A stretch of DNA of 64,000 nt from Nitrospirales bacterium (GTDB lineage: Bacteria; Nitrospirota; Nitrospiria; Nitrospirales; UBA8639), in the NCBI GenBank assembly GCA_965203295.1, contig CBDBCZ010000012.1:576001-640000 (forward strand), written 5' to 3'. Under the pieces are notes generated by a model, which saw only the letters and a list, made by a program, of their open reading frames with translations, was not told the origin of the DNA and did not search any database. Position 1 is the stretch's first letter; each line of letters starts with the position of its first letter. A program made the translations under genes and the position numbers. Below are positions 12,581 through 24,800 of this stretch, piece by piece.

Positions 12581-12782
12581 CGATGTGGTTAGATTTATTG
12601 CTTATACTGTTATATTTAATCTATAATCATCTATAATCAGTAGTTGTAGTTTTGTTATGAATGTTTTATATTTCTGCAAATACTTACTTTAAGATTGAAG
12701 TAATAAAAAAGTATGCCTTAAAGTAATCAATATTTCTCCCAAAATTTGAAGGAAATCATTCTAGTTCTATGTAACCTACAAC

Positions 12783-12816
12783 AATTAGATTTTCCGCAAT
12801 GAAATTGGAAGTGGTT
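12783..12816 (-). repeat. Right terminal inverted repeat
   Basis: Reverse complement reads AACCACTTCCAATTTCATTGCGGAAAATCTAATT; followed on + by ATAA. Confidence 0.9.
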
Positions 12817-13261
12817 ATAACTATTACCAACATACAGTATGCATGCATGCATGAAAAGGTTTAAACACATCTAGCAAAGCATTTTGAAGCTTATATTAAC
12901 ATTGTTGAGACCTTTTCATTCATTGCGCTCCAGTCAGCATCAAGGTTTCACATCCACATACATGTAGAGAACTGACATATGTTCTGCGTATGTCAGTTCT
13001 CACCACGACATGTGACTGTGAAACTTTGATCCCAGGTAACGGGACGAGGACCCCGGAGTGCGTGTTACCCAAAAACTTGAATATAAACTCAGCACTAAAT
13101 GGCTGGCTTTCTTTTCACAACAAGAAACAGAGATGAGGAGGATACGTACGAACATCTGTGCTGCACATTGTCGCAAGGAGCTGGGGAATAAATTCCTGTA
13201 TAGGGAGTACTGCATTCATGTACATGTGTTCAAAACATTCACACTCCATAAGAATTCATTA

Positions 13262-13385
13262 TCAGGGGTGGGCTCATACTCGGAAGTGGGTCAGGGGTGG
13301 GCTCATACTCGGAAGTGGGTCAGGGGTGGGCTCAAACTCAGAAGTGGGGTGGGCTCAGCCTCGGAAGTGGGTCAGGGGTGGGCTT
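13262..13385 (+). repeat. Short copy of the G-rich 29/23-bp minisatellite
   Basis: Same units and orientation as 290-1457. Confidence 0.9.
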
Positions 13386-13734
13386 CAGTGACCGGATGGC
13401 ACATCCTCTAAACAAAGCACATCACAACACTTCTCCAAACTTCTTTACTCAACGTGGACCTTATGCTGTCAAAATAAGAGAAATTGTCATGTGCTATATT
13501 TAGAAACGTGCGCCATTATGGATTACTGAGTGCAGTCAGTGGCAAATAGACACACGTGGGTGATGGTCACCTTCCGATTGCAGCTTGAAATGCAGTTCCT
13601 AGCTGCAGAAGCAGTGAACTGCTGCCAATCCAGTCACCGTTGCCGTTGCCACTGCTCATAGATGGAAATCAATGTCTGTAGAATTAATGGGCATGTGTGA
13701 TGACAACACTTAACAATGCATCCATGCCATCCCC

Positions 13735-16700
13735 CTACAGACAGCGTCTGTAGCTCTCACTGTCGCGTACTGAACGCACAACCTCAAAGTGCCCGGGGGG
13801 GTGCCAAAGGTACATGGACATCTGTGTCACATCATCGTCCAAACGTATGTCTACACCATGAGGGGAATACCTAGACCACCCCTCACGTTCTGTGCTGTAT
13901 ACCAGCACGGGAGTTTGTAGAAAATGAGCTAGAGTTAGCATTTCTACCTCTGTACCCCAGCTCCCTTCACGGTCCATGTGCGTGTCATTGAGGTACCCTT
14001 GAACAGTAGACTGTGTGGGAATTTGAAAGCCTACCAGGAAATGACCAATGGTTAGCATGTAGCTGACAATGGCTGCACGGACAGCATCATGTTCGTCTTC
14101 AGAGCCGGTTATGAGGTATGAAAATGAGCGGAACAAACAATTGCCATCCCCCCTGATATGTTTTACTGTACGTGCGTCTGGTGGTTTTATGGCGACGTCT
14201 GGACCACCTGGCGCCACTGTATTTGGCCCATGAAACTGCAGACCCATAACGTTACAGGCATTGCGCTGCCATTCTACATCAACTGGATGATATCGCCATG
14301 AGGTCTGACCAGGCTCGCCACCGTGGCCACCGCTACCACGCTTCTTTTTCTTATCCGGCTTTTCGTCCTCCAATTTGGACGACGCACGTCTTTTCCTATT
14401 CCTGGGAACAGGCTTGGGGGGTGCCTTAGGAGTCTTTTTGTTTTTTTTTGCTTTAGGCTGATCGTCCTGAGTACTACCGGTAAGCTTTCGCTTAGTGCCA
14501 GTTCTAGTTTGAAGTGGCACTGGATACTGTGGGAGATCGTTCCTGTATGTTTCTCTCAAACGGTTAACTTCTTTAAGGCAGCTGTGGCTAACCATGATGG
14601 ATTTGGGATCAAAAGCAGCCAAGTACAACCCTGAAAGGGAACGAACCCTGGACAGTGCTACGTAGGCCATTCCAGCACTAAACACTTTGTCAGAGAGGTC
14701 TACGATGGCACAGTCCAGTGACAAACCCTGGCATTTGTGAATAGTAACAGCAAATGCTAGGATTAGTGGAAACTGCTTTCTGTAGACGTAGAAGTTTTTC
14801 ATGACCATAAATCTACTCTTGACCTTTTCTACCTTGTAAGGCTCACTTATGTGATCGAACTGAACAGTCACATGGTTTACCGTGATCGAGAGAACAGTAC
14901 CGATAGCACCATTGACTAGTCCAGTCTTAGTGTCCACGTTGCGACGCAGCATGACTCGTGCACCTACAGCCAGCGTAAGCTTGGCTTCCAGTCCTGCTGT
15001 CATATTGTCCTTGTTGAGCTTCTCTAAATGCTCAGTCGCTTTTTTGTTCCATTTACGTGTACTTGCAGTTTCATCAACTTCGTCGGTACACACTAATTTG
15101 TGTACTTTAGAAGTGAGACGCGTGAGCATTTCATTGTTGAGGTCATCGCAGGCCTTTCGTGTCGGGAACAGACACACAGGTGTCTGACCGGATTCTTTAA
15201 GCTCATTGAACTTGTCCGATGCAGACACCTGTATGACCCGCTGTTGAAGTGTGCAAAGAGTTTCATCGGTTGGACAGCCACGTCTTACACAATCCAACAT
15301 TGCTGAAAACTCTTTGTCTTTTCTCTGGCGCTCGTTGATGGTGAGTTCGTCATATGCGACGGAATCTCTCCAAATGTTAACAGACGTTGCACACCCCAGT
15401 TTGAATAGCAGGGATTTTGTGGTAATCTAGTCAAAGACAGGTTTACCACTGACGGGTGGCAGTTGGAGAAGATCGCCTACAAACAGCACATTTTTTGACC
15501 CAAACCACTCATTACCACCAAACAGCTCTTCCAATCTCAAGTGCATGTACGCCAAGTTGAGACTGGACACCATGGAAACTTCGTCTATGACGATCATTTT
15601 CACGTGACGAAGTGTGGTTTTCATAACTTTCTGAGAAGCTTTCGGTAGCGACCAGTAGACCGCTGCTTTACCCTCATGCTCGATAGGCAGTTGGAAAAGC
15701 CTGTGAATGGTAATGCCGCCTACATTGAAAGCAGCCAAGCCAGTCGGTGCTGCAACAGCACACGTCAGACTATCCGATGGCCAAATACTGGCAACTAAAG
15801 CTTTGATAGCTTCGATTAGAAACGATTTACCAGTCCCTCCAACACCACTAACAAACATTCGAAGCGGTTTGAAGTCACAATGACATTCATTGGCTTCGTG
15901 CTGTTGTTGGTGAAGGAGATGACTCTTCACACCGTCAAAGATACGTCTCTGATCGGCATTCAGCATCGCTACTCTTTCTTCTAGACTGAGCTGATTGCAT
16001 GAATTGACATTAATTTCATGTCGAACACATCATTCATGGCCGTCTTGGCCTCACCCATCAACTGTGGGTCATCGTCGTTTTTGTTGACCCTCTCTTCTGG
16101 GCCACTAGCGAGTCTGGCTTCATTGATCTGCTTGATGTTAGACTGAGCTTCCAACATCCTCTTCAATTTGGCATGGTAAGCAGAGCTGTCGCTACTCACT
16201 AGCCTGTGAAACGCTTCTTCCGCCGTTTCATTCTCGAGAAGCAGACTACTTTCCTCTCTAAAAGGAGTGAAGAGAAGTATTAGAGAGTAGTAGTAGTCTT
16301 CTCTCTGGTTTTCGTTTTCGGGATCAAAGAGCCTATGATTTGGAAGCCGTGGTTTTTTGAGTTTGGTGTACACCCTCCTTCCTCTACTGTCCTTACTCTG
16401 CCAATCATAGTTGGCCACAAAGTCGTGTAGACAAACATCTTCCAGACTATCTGGTCTCTCAGGATAGAAAGTGTCTAGAAGATTATCCTGAAAGATTTCT
16501 TCAGTGTCTGGATTGTTCTCTGCAATTTGTTGCAAGACTTTGTGATCCTTCAACCTACGACTTCTCTTATGAGGCATGGCTACATCTATCCACTTGACAG
16601 TGTCAGACTTTTCAGTGAGGTGATCACCGAGCAACAGATCACTCGCCTCATACAAGCCGCACTCTCGAAAGCGCAAACTTCGAATGCCAAAGCTCCAGAG

Positions 16701-19700
16701 ACGGCTATAAACGCTCTTATTCTCACTAACTTCCTGCCAAATCTCTTGCATGTTACTTCTTTCAGCTTTCGTAACATATCCACTAACATAGTGAGCAAGA
16801 GCTAGCGAGGATTCTGCCACAAACTGGACATTGATATTAGCCTTCCAGAGCATTAGCAGGAGAGGATTGTAGTCGTTCACTCTTACCTCTGATTCTGTGC
16901 GCCTCAGTTGGTATATTCTATTCCGTGACTTGAGACTATCTTGTACGGAATTTAGTTTTGCGTTTTCGCAAACTTGGCGAGGGAATCCAAACCGGCACCT
17001 GGTAACGAACGTATTACTAGCACACTTTTGTCTTCGCTTGCAATACGCACTACACTTGTGGGTTTGGTATCGAGTAACCAGCCTATGTAACTCAGGATCA
17101 GATTCCTTGTCTGGAATGTGACAAGTAACCCTCTCCTGAATCCAAGCTAGCACTTTTTCGGGATCATCGCGACCAATTACTGGTGCATCTCCTATCCACA
17201 GCAGCACGTGATAATGAGGAGCCCCACGCGCCTGGTACTCTTTCTTCCAGTAGAAATGCTCAACCTTACCGAGGACCTCACCTTTCACTACAACTGTGCG
17301 AAAGAAAGCATGAAACTTCAATGAAAACTTCCTGGAAACTGAGATGGGGTCCTCAGTACAGAGCTTCCCAATGTCATAGCTGGGAGAGACGTCATTCACT
17401 CTCCTCAGGTACTCTGTGATATCGGGCGACTCGTACTCGGCACAGCTAAATGTTAGAAACAGAGTAGGTGAACCCCACTCACGTATCATACACCTAAGCT
17501 CACTTTGCCGAATGAACCAGTACTGCTTTGTACCACGTACCGACTGGAGCATGGTGCACAAATTCGCCTCAAGATGCTCATCAGAAACTTGTACCCTACT
17601 CAACAGAGTGCTAACTGTCATCGGCTGGCTTCTGGTACATTTAAGCAGATTGTACACACCTGCCGACAGTTCTCGCAACTCTTTCTGCCAGAGTAAGTAG
17701 AACACGTACTGGGGATCTTTACGGAAACGTGAGTCTTTATTGAGCAGCCTTGATTTTATGTACTCACTGTGAGAGATTTTTTTTCACGGGGGTGAAACTC
17801 ACCAAATTTTCCAGTAGGAAAGAGAACCGGAAAGCACATGACATCGAGATGCTGCTGCCGATTATCTATGGGATCTTCCGTGACACCGAGCACTTTGTAT
17901 TGCTCGGTGTCAGATGCAGTCGACAGCTTGTTATCTAAGTTCCTGATGGTAAAAGCTTGAAAGCCAGCAATGTCGTCATCAGTGGCCTTCTCAAGCATGG
18001 TACTGGAAGTACCGTTTGTAACTTCTATGACCTTCTTAGCCGCCTCGTCAACGGAATCATCATCCACTTCCTTGTAGAGCCAGTTGCTCTCTTTTAGTTT
18101 TTGTATGGCTGCCTTGACGCGGTTTACGTCAACCAAGCTACGCCAAACCACTTTAGATTTCGTTGGCCTACCATTGACTATGATGTACAACTCGGGATCA
18201 GGTAATGCAGTGTCCCCAGACTGCTTCACCTGATCTAGAGTCTCAAGGGTTTTGTTCAATGGCAGTGGAAGAAAGAACATGGTACCCTTACATGCTTTAA
18301 GGGAATTGTAGATGGGTACTTTAGCAGTGTACGTACCGAGCCTGACAACAGTCTGATAGCATTTGGCACGCTGAATGAGCTGTCTGCTAAGAGAATCTAA
18401 ATCGGCTAGTTCTGGTGGTATAGGTACCATTTGTAATCCATTGAGGACACAGCGGGGAGGCATCTGTTTTTTTTTGATCAAAGGTTTGCAATAGTTGCAA
18501 ACATACAAGACTTCTTCGCCAGCATTTGGGTTTTGTTGCAACACATAGCTCTTTAATGCAGGCCACACCTCACTGCTGAGGTTGTCAGAGAGCTTGACTC
18601 GTGTAACGGACTTTCTCTGATGCAGTCGTTCGCAGCTACAGCATGCAAGCTCTGGAAAATCATCAATTTCTTTCTCTAGCCGAGCTATTAGCTGTGCATG
18701 AGTAAACAGAAGCTGCGATTCTAGGTGAGGCTGTCTAAGCATCGAATCACCATCTGCACTACCGGTACACTGTTCATAGCTTGACTCTACATCATTGCTG
18801 AACAGAGTATCAAAATCATCCACCTTGGTGAGTTCCATTAGTGCATGGAAGTCACCAGCACACAGAGCTTCGTCAATGTCATCCACACGCGAGCTGCTTC
18901 TAACAGCATCGTTTACATGATGCAACAAGTTTCCCAACACAGGATAATGTGTACAAGCAGCTCTGAGTATTCTGAGTTTACTCTTACACCCACCATCATT
19001 GGAACATACAATGGGATGACCCTTACAGTAAACAACAGAATTGTCACCGTCAACAACTTTAGTGTAGTGCCCATTAGGACAGCCATGATCAAAAGTGGTA
19101 CATGCATACCTGAGATGCTGCATGGGTTTTGCAAACGCTTCTTTAATTTCAAGGATAGCATCTACTTCAAAATTCGTGAGAGGTTTACATTCACTAGAAC
19201 ACTCCCACTTCTTGGGTCCACTTTTGCTACTGTCTGTCTTGATTTCAAGAGCTACCATACACTTCCCATTCTCATCTATGGGAAGAGCATAGTCTCTCTT
19301 CACATGCTGGTAAGAGGCATCAAAAAAGTAAGGCTCAGAAGACGCAGTGTGACAGCCTACACCAAAATCTTCACTTCCGGTGATCTGAATGGCATTGATC
19401 ACTCTAGTAGTCTTGAGCAAACACCCAGCATGTTCCTTGCGCAACTGCAAGGCTTTATTTAGCAGCCTAGTGCCTGCTACACTGCAGACAGTCCTTCCCA
19501 AAACCCTGGACATTTGTTTTGCTAGGCTTCCTTCTTGTTTCTTAAAAGCTGCTGTCACCCGAGCCCTGGCTTTACGATTGCTTAACAGACGTCCTCGAAT
19601 TTTTTTCACATACATCTGTCTCACATCAGGCTTGGGCTCTGCTAAGGCATACCGTCCTCTTCTATTGGCACGTATGTTTTTTCTGTTGCTAGCATAGTAC

Positions 19701-20290
19701 GCTTTAGAAGTGGCCAAATTAGCTGCACGCTTCTTGATATAGTTAGCACGACGAAATGCCTTCTTCTTCTCAGGGTCAAAGCTATAGCGTGCTCTAGCGG
19801 CAGCCTTCATCTTGTCAGAGTTAGCTCTATAGCGTGCCTTAGCAGCAGCCTTCTTCTTGTCAGGGTTAGCTCTATAGCGTGCCTTAGAGGCAGCCTTTTT
19901 CTTCTCAGGGTTAGCTTTATAGCATGCTTTAGAATGAGCATTAGCAGCAGCCTTCTTCTTGTCAGGGTTAGCTCTATAGCGTGCCTTAGAGGCAGCCTTC
20001 TTCTTGTCAGGGTTAGCCTTATAGCATGCCTTAGCGGCAGCCTTCTGTGTTTCAGAGTTAGCTCTATAGCGTGCCTTAAAGGCAGCCTTGTGCGTGTCAG
20101 GGTTAGCTCTATAGCGTGCCTTAGAGGCAGCCTTCTGCGTGTCAGGGTTAGCTCTATAGCATGCCTTAGAGGCAGCCTTCTGCTTGTCAGGGTTAACGGC
20201 ATAGTGTGCCTTTGAGGCAGCCGTCAACTTCTCCTGTTTTTCTTGATAATACTTTTTATTTTTTGCCCTTGTTTTCTTGGCAGAAGGCAT
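13735..20290 (-). pseudogene. Helitron/Helentron Rep-Pif1 helicase polyprotein with C-terminal OTU protease, broken by two frameshifts and one stop
   Basis: DUF6570-like region, HUH motif EYQARGAPHYHVLLW, YVSGYVTK, Pif1 motifs GVGGTGKS, IDEVSM, GDLLQLPPV, TIHKCQGLSL, YVALSRV; OTU motifs GDGNCLFRS...WG...GHFEVV. Lesions near 17780 (A-run), ~16010 and TAG at 15427. Confidence 0.92.
19775..20225 (-). repeat. Coding 45-bp tandem repeat (~10 copies of KKKAASKARYRANPD) at the Helitron protein N-terminus
   Basis: Directly visible in DNA and translation. Confidence 0.93.
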
Positions 20291-22035
20291 TCTTGTATCA
20301 CTTGTATTGCTATCTCAATACAAATCGTGCTATAGCACTTATCTGAAGAAAGTAGAGTGTGACAACTCCGAGGTAGCAACGTTGTGTTGTAGGCTCGACG
20401 GCTGCTGTCACCAAAGAACCCCAAACGGTCACCTTGGGACAGTCTTGACAGCCACTATCAACAGACAAAGTAAGCAGAATAATAGTACTGCTTACCGGTA
20501 TATGAAATTTAGTAAAGACTTACAATACGGTAAAATTACGAAAAGTTAATGCACTTATCTTGCCAAAGACCGACAACTCCAAGATTAGGTTGCCAAGAAG
20601 CAAGACAAACTCTCTCTCGACACGGAACGCTGTTGCGATAGCGGTCGAGATCGAATTAACGCCCTACGGTTGCCTAGCGCTCGTTCTGTGACATGTCATG
20701 TGACGATGAGTGCGCATGCGTAGAAATAATAAAATGGCGTAAAACTGGACAGCAGCAGCTCGAAAGAGCGCACTGTATTATCACGTTCGAGGATCGGTTT
20801 GATCGTTATGAAAATGATGTTGTCGTGGACCTGCGCGCTCGAAAATGAAGTTCCTTCGTGCTACAATCACGGCCATCACTTGAACCAATTTTGAGCTAGC
20901 CTCGTTGAAGAATAATATTAAGAAGAAACCAGAATTAGAACGTGAACAAACTGGTAGTTCAGCCAGCTTCCAGTTTTCTACTTTAGCGAAGCTTTTTGGC
21001 AACTTTGTGAGGCTTGTTGGTTGCAGCAACCCCCGAAAATGAAGGTTAGGTGCCTATGAAAGCTTAATAGTAATTTTTTGGAGAGATTTGCAAACTTTGA
21101 TTTTATATTGCGTATATGGAGTGTCCGTGCCATCCCTACATAGAGAGTCTACCGACTCTCTGATTCATTGCAAAAAAAAATTTTGACTAAAGAGTGGTTG
21201 CTAAAAAGTGTGACTTTCTGTTAGGGGCAAAGTGTGGATAGCTCCTTCAGGTAGTGAACATCCAGAGTGTTTTCAATCTCTGACAGACTCTGTATTCACC
21301 AATGAACAAGGAGCATAATGTGGGATATTTCTGTCCAATCAAAGAAAACATCCTATCTTGTAATTCAAGAAGCCTCATAAATGATGAGTTTACAGCTGCA
21401 TGGCACTATGAATAACTTACTTATAGCCAATTGTATGCACTTACCTCAAATCAACTCGTAATACTATGTGTAAATTTAGAGAATGGTACATGTATAGGAA
21501 AATCTTTCTGACATGTGGCGGCTTTAGAAAAGCCATGTAGTTGAGAACTTTACTCCTCATGAAGACGAGGGCGCTTGGCAGCATGGGACTCTGCGATCCC
21601 TCCTTCCTCTGAGTAGCTGGTGTCCCTCTTATGGTACGCCTGCTTCTTTCTCCGGCAACTGGGAATGGTGTTGGTTCCACTGGCCAGGGTCTCCAACCTT
21701 GCCTCTTGTCTTCAAAATCTCTGCTGTTGCATCGTGGCGGTTGCTCGAAAAGTAATCACTTTTTAAGTTGTCATTGTTCTTTTCGACCCCTGACATGAAA
21801 AAAAGAAAAAATTATGTGTCTATCACAGAGGTCGAAATAACGTTTAATAACTGTCTGATCACTTTGTCCTAGCACTTTTGATTTTGAGTGGTCATTTATG
21901 AAATGTGTCTGGACGTCTCTGTCGCGGTAATTATGCCTTAAAATACTAAAACGCTTCAACAACAATTACTGAGAGGAAATAATTGAATACAACATTGTTA
22001 GTAACAAAAAAAGGAAACGAACACAAAGAAAACAG

Positions 22036-22631
22036 TCAATCTGTATCATTGTCATTTCCACTATCACTCATCCCAACGCTCAAGGATATCCTCAGTTTCA
22101 CTGTCTTCACTGGACTCTTGAGAGATATTAATGGGCCAGGGTGACAGCTACTGCGTGGCCTGTATTGATTTCTCTGTGTCTGAGCGGGTCTCCTGGCCTT
22201 GGCTGACCACCAAAGATCAATGCTAGGGTCAGCATTAAAGCTTGCTAGCGGAGTGTTATTGCTCTTTAAGAGCAATAAATCATCCCGTGACTCATTCGTG
22301 AGACATGAATGCTTGTCTACCTTGATTGTGCCAAGTGTAGAAAACACACGTCCAGCTTTCTGTTCGATGCCGGAAAGGAGAAGAGAAGCTCAGCGAGAAT
22401 CAGAATATTTGCCCACTCGGCTGAGTTCGGGGCATGAAAAAGTCTCCACCACACAGAGTGGTAGTCAAGGGAAGAGAGGGCGATGTACTGGGCAGCGTAG
22501 GCGATCATTTCAGAGAATTCAGTTTTGATGACATCTGTGTCTGCTTGAGCAGCGGTAAGTGGTGTGGCAAATCTTTCGACCAGACTGTCAATGGCTGCCG
22601 TATCACTTTCTTCTTTCACAAGACGCATCAT
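22036..22631 (-). pseudogene. hAT transposase remnant (C-terminal dimerisation region, ZNF862-like)
   Basis: WWRLFHAPNSAEWANILILAELLFSFPASN, frameshift, then VFSTLGTIKVDK...DDLLLL. Confidence 0.75.
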
Positions 22632-22949
22632 GGTTCACCAGGCAGTGCATGTAGGGAGTGACTGTAGATGAAGGTAGTATTATTCAAAGTAAGCACAAAC
22701 TGTGGATCAGCAAAAATTATTTAGTAAGAACAAAGCTCAGCTGCCATTTCTTCTGTTGTATCTCTACAAAGGGCTCCGCAATCAAGAGCTTGATCTCCTT
22801 AAGCTTAAGAACAGGATGATAGGCAGAACTGAAAATTTCGTGGTCCTCCTTTCTTTTCAGAGAAGCGAAGGTGTGGTTTCCTATGAATAGAGACAATTGA
22901 AGTGATAATCTTTAATTCAGCATTAACGGTATACCTTTTTAGCTCTAGA

Positions 22950-24011
22950 CAGGACATCAGCAGCAATCCCAGGAAAAGATATTGTCAGTAAGGAAAAAAC
23001 TTGAGGTTGAGGAGAAGTGTGCACCATCACCACTAATGTTTGTCACTATTGACTTTCTGGAGTCAATGCCAGGGTTTCGATCCAGCTATTACAATATGGG
23101 GGAAAAGACTAGTATACACACACCCATCTGCGTATTACTACTTCTCAAGAAGAGGAGTCACTTAGGATAAGAGAGAATGGATTGACACGTATTTTAGAAG
23201 GGATGTCTAAAATTTGAGCCTTTGATGTTTTAATATGAAAGTCATTTCTGGGCTGAGGTACTCTGCCAATGCTTCCTTAATTGAATGGCCAATACGCTCG
23301 CTGATGGGGTAGGTCGAGGCAGATCATCGCCATATCCTTACACAGGTCTCTTCTTGCAGCCTTGACCTTGTAGCCCCTTGGAAGCTGATTGTGCAGCTAC
23401 AAGTAATTTGGTTGTGCAGCTACAAGTAATTTGGTTGTGCATAATGAATGAACACTTTACAGTTACATGTACATGCAGGATGTTGGTAACATACACAGTG
23501 TGAGTTCACGGTAGAACTGATCACACACGCTGAAACGGTCAAGAAGGTACAAAGTCTGCATTACCTTGTCGCTGCTGTCAGGAGTGGGTGGAGCAGGGGC
23601 AGGAGGGAAGGTGGGATGGTGGCTGCTGCTACCGAGGTCCAGTGATACAGAGGCTTCAGCCTGCGCACTTTTCAGTACTACAGACTCGGGCGAAAGGCCA
23701 AAGACTCGGCAAGGATAAGTGCTCTCTTTGCACTTGTCTGTAGCTGGCTGAGCTCGTGCCTCTTCTGCCTGCTTCTTCTGCCTGTTAGACACCTAAAAAA
23801 TTCATAACATTGAATGTAAAGTTCTGTAATAATGATTTACCTCGTCAAAAGTCTTCCCTGTGTTCGTGGACCTTTCCTTCTCTAGCTGTTGCTCACATTG
23901 CCGGGCCAAAAGCTTGCATTCTGCCACCTCTCTAGCCATCCTGGCCCGGAGATCCTCAACCTCAGCCATGAGATCAGCCATCTCCTTAATGCTTGCAACT
24001 ACTGACCTCAT
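22950..24011 (-). pseudogene. Degenerate spliced DDE transposase-like fragment (possibly Transib/Chapaev-related)
   Basis: LYLLDRFSVCDQFYRELT and ISGDGAHFSSTSSF resemble an invertebrate transposase family; many stops. Confidence 0.4.
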
Positions 24012-24594
24012 TTCATCAGCCAGCGACCGGCAGTCCGGCAGTCGTCAGAAGTGAGGGAAATGGTGATCTTCTTTTGCAAGATTGCCTCCCTAGCACGGCC
24101 TTTTGATGTGGTGACAGCACGATGAAGTGTCTTCCACCCGCATGATCGGTGTTTGGCCACTGCAAGGGGGATGCACAACGTTCAGTGTGTTTACCCCACC
24201 CTTCGTGGGATGTTATAGTTTTCCACATGTAAGGCAGGTGAGAGCCCTCTTGGCCTGGGCAGCTTTCTGAAATTTCAAAATCCTTGCGGCAATTGAGCTT
24301 GGCTGTAACTGAAATGATTGAAAGTAGTTAGTCCTCCGTGTGGAATTTTTTTCCAGTGCTTGAGGTATCCAGCTCCACTATAGCAGCCACCCCAGCAATT
24401 CAGACAAGCAGGCAGTGTGAGTTGAGCATCAGGGCATGAACAGCAATTCGTGAGACTGTATTTGTGCACGCACGTGTGAAATCCTGTTGTCATGGAGACT
24501 CGTGCGTGTTGGTTCTATTTAACAAGTTGCTTTAAATATATGGTACGGTACTAGATGTACTATGGTTCGAACAAGTTTGCACGTGCACATGCTT

Positions 24595-24800
24595 CCAGAT
24601 ACTCATGATGGGCATGCTCGTACTATCAGCATTTCTTCTACCTGAGAGAGGTTTTGAAAACATGGAGGTACATTGCCAGGATCCATATCTTTGGCGTCTT
24701 TCTTGTCCCTTGTGCAGGCAGATATATGGGTGTTCTGTTCCTGATACACAAGTTGGCCATATTTCATGACAGATGGTACATAGCTGCCATTTCTTCTGTT
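24595..24800 (-). pseudogene. Second Helitron remnant (DUF6570-like region)
   Basis: CTICHEIWP and DMDPGNVPPCFQNLSQVEEMLIVRACP across a frameshift. Confidence 0.65.

Larger units (their letters stand above)
1910..12816. mobile_element. Complete two-gene TIR DNA transposon (DUF7869/Sola-like DDE transposase plus ParB-like/pseudo-methyltransferase gene), 10,907 bp
   Basis: Left end 1910-1943 and reverse complement of 12783-12816 match 30/34 (first 18 bp perfect); ATAA at 1906-1909 and 12817-12820 forms a 4-bp TSD; both internal genes splice into open frames. Confidence 0.9.
13735..21141 (-). mobile_element. Helitron/Helentron-type rolling-circle element (ends uncertain)
   Basis: Contains the RepHel pseudogene; CpG-rich upstream segment ~20560-20860; ATGTAGGGATGG motif at 21141-21130 is shared with non-autonomous repeats later in the window. 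Confidence 0.6.

Noticed and set aside
290..13385. G-rich arrays as terminal repeats (LTR-like or telomere-like) of the element
   Set aside because: The TIRs and ATAA TSD lie inside them at 1910 and 12816, and the units are not telomeric
13724..13739. TGCCATCCCCCTACA as the Helitron 3' subterminal repeat (similar to 21128-21140)
   Set aside because: Same orientation rather than inverted, imperfect, and no adjacent terminal hairpin was seen; not enough to define an end
14323..20215. Plus-strand ORFs overlapping the Helitron gene
   Set aside because: Antisense shadows with no recognisable motifs
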